Below, piece after piece: positions 29,394-39,212 of a stretch of 64,000 nt of DNA. The notes under the pieces are model-generated. The model saw only the letters and a list, made by a program, of their open reading frames with translations. It was not told where the DNA came from and did not search any database. Positions within the stretch are counted from its first letter, which is position 1, and each line of letters begins with the position of its first letter. The stretch spans positions 1 to 64,000 of the forward strand of contig CAZYDG010000080.1 in NCBI GenBank assembly GCA_964645835.1, written 5' to 3'. This stretch comes from an uncultured Syntrophaceae bacterium (GTDB lineage: Bacteria > Desulfobacterota > Syntrophia > Syntrophales > UBA8958). The position numbers and the translations under genes are program-made.

Positions 29394-29969
29394 ATGAAAA
29401 TCATTTCCGCTGACTTCATCAAATCGGGGACGGCACCGGCCCACTATCCCCCGGATGACCTGCCTGAGGTGGCCTTTGCCGGCCGTTCCAATGTCGGCAA
29501 GTCATCCCTGATCAATTGCCTCGTCAACCGCAAGGGCCTTGCCAAGACAAGCAATACTCCCGGCCGGACCCAGGTCCTGAATTTTTTCGTGATCAATGGA
29601 AAATGGTATTTTACCGATCTGCCGGGCTATGGTTATGCGAAAGTGCCCCAGGCAATCAAGCGCTTCTGGGGTCCTATGGCAGAGATTTACCTTAAGGAGA
29701 GGACGAATCTTCGTCTGGTTCTGCTGATCCTCGATATTCGCCGGGAACCCAACGAGGATGACCTCTCACTTCTCGATTGGCTTCGTGAATATGATATCCC
29801 GTGCCTGCCGGTCATTACCAAAGCGGACAAGCTCTCACGGGGTCAGGCCAAGGTCCGTCAAAGTGAAATCAGCCGTCTATTGGGCATGGATGCCGCGTAC
29901 ACAGTTCTGTTCTCCGCCCAAACGGGTGTGGGGAGGGATCTGATCTGGAAGAGGATACAGGAAGTGTAG
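29394..29969 (+). CDS. engB: Ribosome biogenesis GTPase YihA/EngB
   Basis: G1 GRSNVGKSS, G3 DLPGYG, G4 TKADK. Confidence 0.9.
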   Translation: MKIISADFIKSGTAPAHYPPDDLPEVAFAGRSNVGKSSLINCLVNRKGLAKTSNTPGRTQVLNFFVINGKWYFTDLPGYGYAKVPQAIKRFWGPMAEIYLKERTNLRLVLLILDIRREPNEDDLSLLDWLREYDIPCLPVITKADKLSRGQAKVRQSEISRLLGMDAAYTVLFSAQTGVGRDLIWKRIQEV

Positions 29970-29972
29970 GGG

Positions 29973-30120
29973 CAGGCTGTTGAAAAACGTCCATCCCACG
30001 CTTTCGCGGGGACGGCGTCTGCTGCGTTGCGCCGCAAGCTTCTTCAATCAAAGTACTTCTATGTACGTCTCATTCCTCAGCTTTTGCGCGCCTTGCATCT
30101 GGGCATTTTTGAACAGCCTG
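29973..30120 (-). mobile_element. MITE-like element, copy 2 (inverted relative to copy 1)
   Basis: Reverse complement aligns with 13180-13302 at high identity, including both terminal inverted repeats. Confidence 0.5.
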
Positions 30121-30165
30121 CCCAACATCATGTTTTCAACGACTCGCTAAGATTCCTGAATCAAA

Positions 30166-30220
30166 GTAGTCCATCCCTTCAGGGCTGCAAGAAAGCAGGG
30201 CTGAAGCCCTGCACTACATT
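30166..30220. repeat. REP-like palindromic repeat (hairpins cagccc/gggctg and cagggct-gaa-gccctg)
   Basis: Matches 43474-43532 (gtagtcca.ccctt.agggctg...aagaaagcagggct.aagccctgc.ctacatt). Confidence 0.4.
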
Positions 30221-30336
30221 CTCTTGGAAGTTTGCAACACCCGGGCTGAAAGAGTTGCAGTATGGGTTCCGCTCGCTGATGCCTGGAAGGTGAGCTGAAC
30301 ATGCTCTACAAGACGTCCCTTGTTTGTATGTATTAG

Positions 30337-31212
30337 TTAGCTAAGCCCCTCAAGGATTGCCTGTAGCTCCTTCTTTTCAAAATGATATGTTGTCCGGCAG
30401 AACTCGCACGTAATGTCAATATCCCCATGTTCCTCAATCAATGATGCGATTTCCGCCGGTCCCAGAGAGATGACGACCCGTTCGAGACGCCTCTGGTTGC
30501 AGGAACAGGCTAGATTCAGCGCCCCCATTTCCAGGGTGTGTAAGGGAGTATCGCCGAAAATAGCTTCCAGTATTGTTCCCGGCGTTCCCCCGTTGCGAAG
30601 GATCTGGGTGACGGGCGGCAATTTTTCCAGCCTTTCCATAAGGGTATCGATCATCGCGTCATCGGCGGGAGGAAATGCCTGGATCAGAAAACCGCCGGAT
30701 GCGGTAACGGTTTCGTCGGGCTCGACAAAAACGCCCAGTCCCACGGCCGATGGGATCTGTTCTGATTCGGCGAAATAGTAGGCCAGATCCTGTGCAATTT
30801 CTCCGCTGCGGATGGTGACGATTCCCTGATAGTTTTCCTGTCCTCCCAAATCCTTGATGACCGTGAGAAGACCGTTGTTCCCGACGACGCCCGAGACGTC
30901 GAGCTTTCCGGCCCGGGGCGGCAGGTCGGCATCCGGGTTGCCCACGAGCCCACGGACGTTGCCCAGGCGGTCGGCTTCGACGACAATGCGCCCAAGAGGG
31001 CCGTTCCCCTCGAACTTAAGAGCGAGGCTCTGGTCTTTCTTCAGGAGCATGGCCATGAGAGCTCCACCGGTCAGCGCCCGTCCCAGAGCCGCTGAGGCCG
31101 TGGGGGCTGTGCAATGAAGCTGAACTGCCTGATTCACGAGGTCGGTGGTCACGGCGGCCAAGCCCAGGATATTGCCGCTTTGCGTCATGGTTCGGATAAA
31201 GTAATTCTTCAT
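30337..31212 (-). CDS. hslO: Redox-regulated chaperone Hsp33
   Basis: 291 aa. C-terminal zinc-binding CxC...CxxC (LACSCNQRR ... CEFCRTTY). Confidence 0.88.
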   Translation of the reverse strand: MKNYFIRTMTQSGNILGLAAVTTDLVNQAVQLHCTAPTASAALGRALTGGALMAMLLKKDQSLALKFEGNGPLGRIVVEADRLGNVRGLVGNPDADLPPRAGKLDVSGVVGNNGLLTVIKDLGGQENYQGIVTIRSGEIAQDLAYYFAESEQIPSAVGLGVFVEPDETVTASGGFLIQAFPPADDAMIDTLMERLEKLPPVTQILRNGGTPGTILEAIFGDTPLHTLEMGALNLACSCNQRRLERVVISLGPAEIASLIEEHGDIDITCEFCRTTYHFEKKELQAILEGLS

Positions 31213-31381
31213 GGCCGGATCGTCTATCAGAAATGCCCATAACCTGCAAGCCCTATGGTAATCGTAATTTGTACTAAATTTCAGCCAAATCGAATGGAAG
31301 ATAGCGAGGCATTACCTCTCCGGGTCAGGGGATTTTTCTTCTATTTCACCTGCAGATGACGCCACTGAGGCGAGTTGGAAT

Positions 31382-31475
31382 ATCCCATTCACCTTCAACC
31401 AATACCCTGCTACCCCATTTCTTTGGGTCAGGGTGCATTGTAGTCTTTGCATTTTGGTGGTGGGTTGGAGGTGAT
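31382..31475 (+). repeat. Roughly 95-nt conserved non-coding element, copy B, about 240 nt upstream of hdrL
   Basis: See copy A at 6614-6706. Confidence 0.5.
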
Positions 31476-31716
31476 TGGTGAGTGAGGCGGCCACGGATGG
31501 CGGGGGATGGGAATGGGCTCCGGATGCCGACCGGCGGTCATAAATTGCAAAACTGGTTTTCCTTTTAGAGTACGGGACTTTCGGGATGTGAGAAACAATT
31601 TGGGCTTGACAGATTATACGAATCGTGGTAGCGCCCCCATTGTTTGTGCAACAAGGGTTAACCAGTTAAAAAATGAATTATTGATTGAATGCAAACATAT
31701 CTTGAGGTGGTAACAC

Positions 31717-34700
31717 GTGATAAAAGATAACGAAAAAATCGGTGCTGTCATGGTGGTCGGAGCCGGGATCGCAGGTATCCAGGCTTCTCTCGATTTGGCC
31801 AATTCCGGAATGAAGGTATATCTCGTGGAAAAGGGAATCAGCATCGGCGGCGTCATGGCCCAGCTGGACAAGACATTCCCGACGAACGACTGTTCAGCCT
31901 GCATCCTTTCCCCGAAGCTGGTTGAAGTAGGCCGTCATCCAAATGTGGAAATCCTGACCCAGCGGACTGTCGAGGCCGTAGAGGGAGAGGCGGGCCGTTT
32001 CAAGGTTCGTCTGACAAGGGCGCCGCGTTACGTTAACCTGAACAAATGTACGGGCTGCGGTGATTGTGCCAAGGTCTGCCCCGTTAACGTTCCTTCCGAT
32101 TTCAATGAACGCCTCTCCGAAAGACAGGCTACATACCGCCACTTTCCCCAGGCAATTCCCAGCGGTTTTGCCATAGATAAATTGGGAACATCTCCCTGTA
32201 AAGCAAACTGCCCAACTCATATCAGTGTCCAGGGTTATGTGGCCCTGATCGGCGCCGGGAAGTTCAAAGAAGCCCTTAAACTCATTAAGCAGGACAATCC
32301 CTTTCCCATCGTCTGCGGCCGCGTTTGTAACCATCCTTGCGAGACGGCATGTATGCGGGGTAAGGTGGATGATCCCATCGATATTATGCATCTGAAGCAG
32401 TTTGTCGCCGATCTGGATCTGAATGCCGAAACGCGCTATGTTCCCGAAAAGAAAGAAAGCAAGGGCAAGAAGGTCGCCATCGTCGGCGCCGGACCATCCA
32501 GTTTGACCTGCGCTTATTACCTGGCTATCGAGGGCTATGATGTGGACGTCTTTGAAGCCCTGCCCGTAGCGGGCGGCTGGCTTGCCGTCGGCATCCCCGA
32601 ATACCGGCTGCCCAAGAAAGTCCTGAAGGCCGAGATTCAGGTCATTGAAGATCTGGGCGTGAAGATCCATCTCAACACACGAATCGGTAAAGACATTTCT
32701 TTCGATAAACTCCAGAAAGATTACAACGCCGTCTTCATCGGCTGCGGAACCATGAAGAGCAGCAAGCTCAACATCCCCGGCGAGGACATGCAGGGCGTCA
32801 TCCACGGTGTTGACTATCTCATGCGCGTCAACCTGGGGGAAAAGGTCGCCCTGGGCGACAAGGTTGCTGTAGTCGGCGGCGGAAACGTGGCCATGGATGC
32901 AGTCCGGACCGCCGTCAGAATGGGGACCAAGGATGTCTTTATCCTCTACCGCCGGACCCGTGCGGAAATGCCTGCTGCGCCAGAGGAAATCGAAGAGGCC
33001 ATTGAAGAAGGCGTTGAGATGAAATTTCTCGTCGCCCCCAAGCGCGTCGTCGGCAAGGACGGCAAAGTGACAGGTATTGAATGTACAAGGATGGAGTTGG
33101 GTGAACCCGATAAAAGCGGCCGCCGCCGCCCCATCGAGATCAAGGGGTCCGAATTCATCGTTGAATGCGATGCCATCGTGCCCGCCATCGGCCAGGAGGC
33201 TGACCTTTCTTTCATTACGCAGGAAAGCGGCGTCTCCATCAATAAATGGAACAACATCGATTACGATGAACTGACGTATGCAACGACGACTCCCGGTATC
33301 TTCTCCGGCGGTGATGTCGTTACGGGTCCCCAGACCGTTGTCAAGGCTGTCTATGCCGGCAAGGAAGCGGCGAAATCCATCAACCGCTACTTGTCGGGTG
33401 AGGATATAAAGGCCGGCAGGGAGAAAGATTGGACCAAGGATCTGGCCGATAAGGCCGATGTCTCCAAAGTGCCCAAGAGCCCCCGCACGAAATATCCCCT
33501 CATGAAACCCGAAGACCGCCGGACAAACTTCAAGGAAGTCGGCCTCGGCTTCGATGAAGCGCAAGCCAAGGCGGAAGCCCTGCGCTGCCTTAACTGCGGG
33601 ATCTGTTCCGAGTGCTACCAGTGCGTTGACGCCTGTATCGCCGGGGCGATCAACCACGAAGATACATATGAGGAAGAGATGATCGAGGTCGGCGCCGTCA
33701 TCGCGTCGCCCGGATTTGAGATATTTGACGCCGGTATTCGTGGCGAATACGGATACGGTACGTTCAAGAACGTCGTAACAGCCATCCAGTTCGAGCGGAT
33801 CCTGTCGGCATCGGGCCCTTATTTCGGTCACGTGCAGCGGATTTCCGATGGCGTGGAACCGAAAAAAGTCGCCTTTATCCAGTGCGTAGGTTCCCGTGAT
33901 ACGTCCTGTGATAACAGCTGGTGTTCTTCCGTCTGCTGCATGTACGCGACGAAGGAAGCGATTATCGGCAAGGAACACGCAAAAAATCTAGAACCGACCA
34001 TCTTCTACATGGACATTCGCGCCCATGGAAAGGACTTCGACCGGTTTGTCAACCGGGCCAAGAACGAATACGGTATTCGTTATATCCGTTCCATGCCCTC
34101 CACCATTAAGGAACTTCAGCAGTCCAAGAACCTGCTGATCAAATATGTCCAGGAAGACGGCAGCCTTGTAGAAGAGGAATTCGACATGGTCGTTCTTTCT
34201 GTAGGCTTGACGCCGCCCAAAGAGGCCGCCCAGCTTGCCAAGGCAATGGGAGTCAATTTGGAAGAACACGGTTTCTGCGCTACGGCCTTGGACAATCCAG
34301 TCCAGAGCAGCCGGGAAGGGATCTTTGTCTGCGGCGCCTTCGGCGGTCCGAAAGACATACCCGAGACGGTCATGGAGGCCAGCAGCGCCGCCGCCTGTGC
34401 ATCGGGAATTCTTGCCAGCCAGCGGGGCACCCTGATCACGGCTGAAGAATTGCCAATGGAAAACGATCTCCGCGGCATCGGCCCACGGACGGGCGTCTTT
34501 GTCTGTCACTGCGGCATCAATATCGGCGGCGTCGTCAATGTCCCCGAGGTGGTGGAATACTGCAAGACCCTTCCCAATGTCGTCTATGCGACGGATAACC
34601 TCTTTACCTGTTCTCAGGATACGGCGGTCAAGATGGGCGAAGTCATCAAGGAACAAAACTTAAGCCGTGTCGTCGTCGCCTCCTGCTCACCCCGGACCCA

Positions 34701-36141
34701 TGAAGGGCTTTTCCAGGAAAACTGCGAGAAGGCCGGTCTTAATCGCTATCTGTTCGAGATGGCCAATATCCGCGACCAGGATTCCTGGGTCCACATGCAT
34801 GAACCGAAGGAAGCAACGGAAAAGGCCAAAGACCTTGTCCGCATGTCCATCGCCAAGGCCCAGTTCCTAAAACCTCTGAAACCGGGTCAGTTATCCGTCA
34901 ACCGCGCCACCATGATTATCGGCGGCGGTCTGGCCGGTATTACGGCGGCCCTTGCGCTGGCGGAACAGGGTTTTGAATCTTATATCATCGAGAAAAAGCC
35001 AGTTTTGGGCGGTAATTACAGGGATCTTTATTTCACACTGGAAGGCCTTGATACGAAGAAGCATTTGGCCGGCCTTCTGGATAAGGTGAAAGCCAGCAAA
35101 CTCATCCATGTCTATGCAGGTGCCGATATCGAAAAGATTGAAGGCTTCATCGGCAACTACAAGACGACGATCAAGAACAAGGACGGCCAGGCAACCTTTG
35201 AGCACGGTGTCGTCATCGTCGCCACCGGCGCTTATGAACTGGAAACCAGCGAATACCTCCACGGCCAGTCGGCAAACGTCGTCACCCAGCGGGACCTGGA
35301 AAAGATGCTCGCCGAAAAGGATGCCAAGGCGACCCAGGCCAAGAGCGTCGTCATGATTCAGTGTGTCGGGTCACGTATCCCCGAGCGGCCCTATTGCAGC
35401 CGTTATTGTTGCTCCGAGGCCATGAAGAATGCCCTCAAGATCAAAGAGATGGATCCGGAAAAGGATGTCACGATCATTTACCGCGATATCCGCACCTTCG
35501 GGTTGAAGGAAGATTATTACAAGAAAGCCCGCGAGCTTAATGTCAAGTTTGTTCGCTATGATGAAGACCGGAAACCGGAGGTCACCCAGAGCGGCAACCA
35601 GGTTTCCATCAGAGTCTTCGATCCGATCCTCAATGGCCCGGTCGATTTAGCGGCCGATCTGCTGGCCCTGTCCGTCGGTTCCGTTCCCAATCCTGAGAAT
35701 GCGGAGATTGGCCAGCGGCTGAAGGTCCCGACCAATCAGGACGGCTTCTTCCTTGAGGCCCATGTGAAGCTTCGTCCCGTCGATTTTGCAACGGACGGCG
35801 TCTTCATGTGCGGCATGGCCCATGCGCCGAAACTCAGCGAAGACGCCATTGTCCAGGCCAATGCGGCGGTGTCTCGCGCCTGCACTATCCTGACGAAAGA
35901 CTTCATCGAAGCGGAAGGAAAGACGGCTTTCGTCAATAAGGATCGCTGCTCCGCTTGTGGCCTCTGCGAGGAGAACTGCCCCTTCGGCGCCATTTCGGTG
36001 AATGTTGTCGAGGGATGCGCAGAAGTAAACGCCGTCCTGTGCAAAGGCTGCGGCGTCTGCACGGCCTCTTGCCGGATGAACGCCGTCGATCTAAACGGTT
36101 TCAGCAACGAAGAGGAATTGGAACAGATATATAATATGTAA
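31717..36141 (+). CDS. hdrA: Giant HdrA-like flavoprotein (HdrL-type: HdrA module, inserted GltD/NfnB-like module, second HdrA module)
   Basis: 1474 aa. Several FAD Rossmann motifs (VVGAGIAGI, VAIVGAGPSS, VAVVGGGNVAMD, IIGGGLAGITAAL). Two HdrA signatures (CVGSRD...CSSVCC and CVGSRIPERPYCSRYCC). Several CxxCxxCxxxCP ferredoxin motifs. GltD-like Fe-S region (CGRVCNHPCETAC). GTG start with RBS GAGGTGG. Confidence 0.85.
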   Translation: MIKDNEKIGAVMVVGAGIAGIQASLDLANSGMKVYLVEKGISIGGVMAQLDKTFPTNDCSACILSPKLVEVGRHPNVEILTQRTVEAVEGEAGRFKVRLTRAPRYVNLNKCTGCGDCAKVCPVNVPSDFNERLSERQATYRHFPQAIPSGFAIDKLGTSPCKANCPTHISVQGYVALIGAGKFKEALKLIKQDNPFPIVCGRVCNHPCETACMRGKVDDPIDIMHLKQFVADLDLNAETRYVPEKKESKGKKVAIVGAGPSSLTCAYYLAIEGYDVDVFEALPVAGGWLAVGIPEYRLPKKVLKAEIQVIEDLGVKIHLNTRIGKDISFDKLQKDYNAVFIGCGTMKSSKLNIPGEDMQGVIHGVDYLMRVNLGEKVALGDKVAVVGGGNVAMDAVRTAVRMGTKDVFILYRRTRAEMPAAPEEIEEAIEEGVEMKFLVAPKRVVGKDGKVTGIECTRMELGEPDKSGRRRPIEIKGSEFIVECDAIVPAIGQEADLSFITQESGVSINKWNNIDYDELTYATTTPGIFSGGDVVTGPQTVVKAVYAGKEAAKSINRYLSGEDIKAGREKDWTKDLADKADVSKVPKSPRTKYPLMKPEDRRTNFKEVGLGFDEAQAKAEALRCLNCGICSECYQCVDACIAGAINHEDTYEEEMIEVGAVIASPGFEIFDAGIRGEYGYGTFKNVVTAIQFERILSASGPYFGHVQRISDGVEPKKVAFIQCVGSRDTSCDNSWCSSVCCMYATKEAIIGKEHAKNLEPTIFYMDIRAHGKDFDRFVNRAKNEYGIRYIRSMPSTIKELQQSKNLLIKYVQEDGSLVEEEFDMVVLSVGLTPPKEAAQLAKAMGVNLEEHGFCATALDNPVQSSREGIFVCGAFGGPKDIPETVMEASSAAACASGILASQRGTLITAEELPMENDLRGIGPRTGVFVCHCGINIGGVVNVPEVVEYCKTLPNVVYATDNLFTCSQDTAVKMGEVIKEQNLSRVVVASCSPRTHEGLFQENCEKAGLNRYLFEMANIRDQDSWVHMHEPKEATEKAKDLVRMSIAKAQFLKPLKPGQLSVNRATMIIGGGLAGITAALALAEQGFESYIIEKKPVLGGNYRDLYFTLEGLDTKKHLAGLLDKVKASKLIHVYAGADIEKIEGFIGNYKTTIKNKDGQATFEHGVVIVATGAYELETSEYLHGQSANVVTQRDLEKMLAEKDAKATQAKSVVMIQCVGSRIPERPYCSRYCCSEAMKNALKIKEMDPEKDVTIIYRDIRTFGLKEDYYKKARELNVKFVRYDEDRKPEVTQSGNQVSIRVFDPILNGPVDLAADLLALSVGSVPNPENAEIGQRLKVPTNQDGFFLEAHVKLRPVDFATDGVFMCGMAHAPKLSEDAIVQANAAVSRACTILTKDFIEAEGKTAFVNKDRCSACGLCEENCPFGAISVNVVEGCAEVNAVLCKGCGVCTASCRMNAVDLNGFSNEEELEQIYNM

Positions 36142-36189
36142 ACTAAGGTAAATGGCTGCTAAAGCCAATTGCCAATGGAGGGAGTATAT

Positions 36190-36627
36190 ATGGCCGAAGA
36201 TTCAACAAACAAGGAATGGGTACCGAAAATCGTTGCCATTGTCTGCAATTGGTGTACTTACGCGGGCGCCGATCTGGCTGGTATCAGCAGAATTCAGTAT
36301 CCGCCGAATGTACGCATCATGCGCGTTCCCTGCACGGGAAGGATCAACCCTTTTTACATCGTGAAAGCCTTGCAGACGGGAGCCGACGGCGTTCTCGTAT
36401 CGGGTTGACACCCCGGTGAATGCCACTATATTTCGGGAAATCTGGTGGCGCGCCGCAAGTTTGCGACGTTAAAAAGTTTCCTGGACTACATCGGTGTGGA
36501 AGGTGACAGGACCATTTTTACATGGGTGTCAGCTTCTGAAGGAGAGCGTTTCGCCAATGTCATCAAAGGCGTGACGGCGAAGGTAAAAGCCCTCGGTCCG
36601 CCCGCCCGGCTGGTTAAGTCTTTGTAA
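36190..36627 (+). CDS. mvhD: MvhD (methyl-viologen-reducing hydrogenase delta subunit) homolog with in-frame UGA, predicted selenocysteine
   Basis: ORFs 36169-36408 and 36445-36627 share one frame, separated only by TGA 36406-36408. The translation VSG-U-HPGECHY aligns the UGA with the conserved Cys of the MvhD GCHxGDCHY motif. N-terminal CNWC and C-terminal [10 protein letters not shown] motifs are conserved. RBS GGAGGGA. Confidence 0.8.
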
Positions 36628-36687
36628 TAAAAACAGGGTTTATTAGAAAAACCGGTTGATCACACTAAAAACGAGGATTCATAAAAA

Positions 36688-37695
36688 GTGGAAAACATAG
36701 ATAAAAAGTTACGGGAAGAGGCAAAGAGGCTCCTCGAAGAGAAGAAGGTCGAAGTCATTGTAGGTTATGAAGAGGGAACCCTTCCCTTGACAGCCACGCC
36801 CTGCTTTATCACCCAGCCCGAGGAGGCCGAAAAACTGGTCTGGAACGCCTATTGCACCCAGAACCTGGCGAAGTTCGTCCATGACCTCATTTCGCAGCAT
36901 AAAAACGCCCAGAAACGCGTGAAGCCGGAAGATAAGAAAAAGAAGATCGTCGGTGTCATCGCACGGGGTTGCACCACCCGTTCCATTATTCTGCATATCC
37001 AGGAACGGCAATACAGCCGTGAGGAAGTCGTCGTCATCGGTGTTCCCTGCACAGGCTATGTGGATCGAAAGACCTTAAGTGTTGCCTTGAACGGCGAAGA
37101 AGTCATCGGCGGAAGCTTGAACGGCGATCAGTTTACAATCCAGACACCGGGCGGCGAAAAGAAACTGGCTTTGGCCGATGTTCTGGCCGAAAATTGCGTG
37201 ACCTGCCGGTTCAACAATCCCCTGATCAGCGACGTTATGATCGGTTCGCCTGCGCCGGCAATGAAGCCCGAGCAGGAATACGACGATGTGAAGGCTTTTG
37301 AGAGCATGTCGGCCGATGAGCGATGGGCCTATTTTCAAAAGGAGATGGGCAAGTGCATCCGTTGCTACGCCTGCCGTCAGGCCTGTCCCTCCTGCTATTG
37401 CCCCACCTGTTTCATGGAGCAGAGTCAGCCCCAGTGGGTCGGTATCGGTGAGGGTGCGTCGGATACCCAGGTATTTCAGATCATGCGGATATTCCACATG
37501 GCCGGTCGTTGTGTGGACTGCGGGTCCTGCATCACCGTTTGTCCCATGGGTGTCGATTTGAGAAAATTCCTTAAGAAGCTCGACAAAGACGGCTTTGAGA
37601 TGTTTGGCGGCCGCTGCGGGTCTTCCCTGGAAGATCGACCGATCCTTTCCACATTCAAAGAACACGAGGCGGAAGATTTCATCTATAATCCTTAA
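36688..37695 (+). CDS. Fe-S cluster oxidoreductase subunit (two 4Fe-4S ferredoxin-type motifs; FrhB/FlxC-like), exact family unclear
   Basis: CIRCYACRQACPSCYCPTC and CVDCGSCITVCPMG cluster-binding motifs. GTG start with RBS GAGGA. Confidence 0.55.
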   Translation: MENIDKKLREEAKRLLEEKKVEVIVGYEEGTLPLTATPCFITQPEEAEKLVWNAYCTQNLAKFVHDLISQHKNAQKRVKPEDKKKKIVGVIARGCTTRSIILHIQERQYSREEVVVIGVPCTGYVDRKTLSVALNGEEVIGGSLNGDQFTIQTPGGEKKLALADVLAENCVTCRFNNPLISDVMIGSPAPAMKPEQEYDDVKAFESMSADERWAYFQKEMGKCIRCYACRQACPSCYCPTCFMEQSQPQWVGIGEGASDTQVFQIMRIFHMAGRCVDCGSCITVCPMGVDLRKFLKKLDKDGFEMFGGRCGSSLEDRPILSTFKEHEAEDFIYNP

Positions 37696-37782
37696 AGCCG
37701 CATGCCTGGAAAAAAGATCCTGGTCAAGTCCTACGGGTGCTGGCCATTGACGGAAGATGATCAAGTAAGAAATGGAGCAAGC

Positions 37783-38304
37783 ATGAAAACCTTTCTCGAT
37801 GAAGTAAATGAAAAGATAAACGGAGTGCCGATTCAGCGCTGCTACCACTGTCGCAAATGCACGGCCGGGTGCCCGTTGGCCTTCACCATGGAGTACAATC
37901 CAAACCGGGTAATCAAGATGATACAGATGGGTCAGAAGAGAGAGGTCCTCTCCAGTGCTACGATCTGGCTCTGTGCATCTTGCGAGACCTGTATTACCCG
38001 TTGCCCGAATAATGTGGATATTGCACGGATGATGGATGTCCTTAGGGAAATGGCCATAGCGGAAGGCGTGGCCGCGAAAGAGGCGAATGTCCTGAAGTTC
38101 CATGAGGCGTTCCTCTGGAGTATCAAATTTGGCGGACGGATCAATGAGCCGCTTTTGATGGTCAATTACAAGCTTAAATCCGGTGACCTGTTCGCCGATA
38201 TGGGCATGGGCATCGATATGTTCATGAAGGGCAAGTTGTCCCTGGTGTCACCCCGGACGAAGGATCTCAAATCGGTTAAGCAGATATTTGAAAAAACGAA
38301 GTAA
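37783..38304 (+). CDS. hdrC: Heterodisulfide reductase subunit C-like (two 4Fe-4S)
   Basis: CYHCRKCTAGCP and CASCETCITRCP motifs. Size and helical C-terminal half typical of HdrC. Confidence 0.8.
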   Translation: MKTFLDEVNEKINGVPIQRCYHCRKCTAGCPLAFTMEYNPNRVIKMIQMGQKREVLSSATIWLCASCETCITRCPNNVDIARMMDVLREMAIAEGVAAKEANVLKFHEAFLWSIKFGGRINEPLLMVNYKLKSGDLFADMGMGIDMFMKGKLSLVSPRTKDLKSVKQIFEKTK

Positions 38305-38328
38305 GCATAACGCACAAGGAGGCAAGCG

Positions 38329-39180
38329 TTGAAAGTTTCATATTATCCGGGATGTTCCCTGCATGGGACGGCGAAGGAATATGACCAGTCCGTCAAAGCG
38401 GTAAGCAAGGCCCTGGACATCGAACTCAAAGAAGTCCAGGATTGGTCTTGCTGCGGCGCCACATCGGCCCATGCCACGAATTTTAAGCTGTCCGTAGCGC
38501 TTCCGGCACGAAATCTCGTGGCGATCGAAAAGAGCGCGGACAAAGAGGTAATGGTTCCCTGCGCCGCCTGTTTTAACCGCTTTAAAACGGCTCAGCATAA
38601 TATGGCCCATGACGCCTCACTGAAGAAAGAAATCGAAGGCATTCTCGGCAGTTCCTATGCTGGAACGGCCGTGGTGAAGAATCCCATCGGAATCATCCAT
38701 GATGACGTGGGTCTTGATGTCCTGGCGAAGAAAGTTGTAAAGAAGCTTGCCGGTCTTAAGCCTGTCTCCTACTATGGATGCCTCCTTGTGAGACCGCCTG
38801 AGGCCTGCGAGTTCGAGAATGTCGAAAACCCCTATATGCTCGATGATATCCTCAGAACCCTGGGGGCCGATGTCAAGCCCTGGTCGTACAAAACGGATTG
38901 CTGTGGTGGAAGCTTAACCATCAGCCGGACGGATATCGTTCACAAACTCGTGGATAAACTGATGACCATGGCCCGTGAAGCGGGGGCAAACTGTGTCGTA
39001 ACGGCCTGCCCCGTCTGCCTGACGAACCTGGACGCCCGGGTGAGCGAAAATCTGCAGCTTCCCGTCTTTTATTTCACGGAACTTGTGGCTTTGGCCCTTG
39101 GACTTCCGGGAGCATCCGACTGGTTCAAATTGCATATGGTAGACCCGACACCGCTCATGGGCGGCTTGGGCTTGATCTAA
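38329..39180 (+). CDS. hdrB: Heterodisulfide reductase subunit B-like (two CCG domains)
   Basis: Two Cys-rich CCG motifs (CxxxCCG...C; WSCCGATSAH and DCCGGSL). TTG start with RBS AAGGAGG. Confidence 0.8.
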   Translation: MKVSYYPGCSLHGTAKEYDQSVKAVSKALDIELKEVQDWSCCGATSAHATNFKLSVALPARNLVAIEKSADKEVMVPCAACFNRFKTAQHNMAHDASLKKEIEGILGSSYAGTAVVKNPIGIIHDDVGLDVLAKKVVKKLAGLKPVSYYGCLLVRPPEACEFENVENPYMLDDILRTLGADVKPWSYKTDCCGGSLTISRTDIVHKLVDKLMTMAREAGANCVVTACPVCLTNLDARVSENLQLPVFYFTELVALALGLPGASDWFKLHMVDPTPLMGGLGLI

Positions 39181-39212
39181 AATATCCTAAATTTAGACGA
39201 TTGAAGGACGAT

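Noticed and set aside
31894-33978. 694-aa minus-strand ORF
   Set aside because: Antisense to the giant hdrA-like gene, whose sense frame has clear Fe-S/FAD motifs.
36169-36408. Treating the MvhD N-terminal ORF and 36445-36627 as two separate small genes
   Set aside because: Same frame, separated only by a TGA that aligns to the conserved Cys of MvhD. A single selenoprotein gene explains it better.
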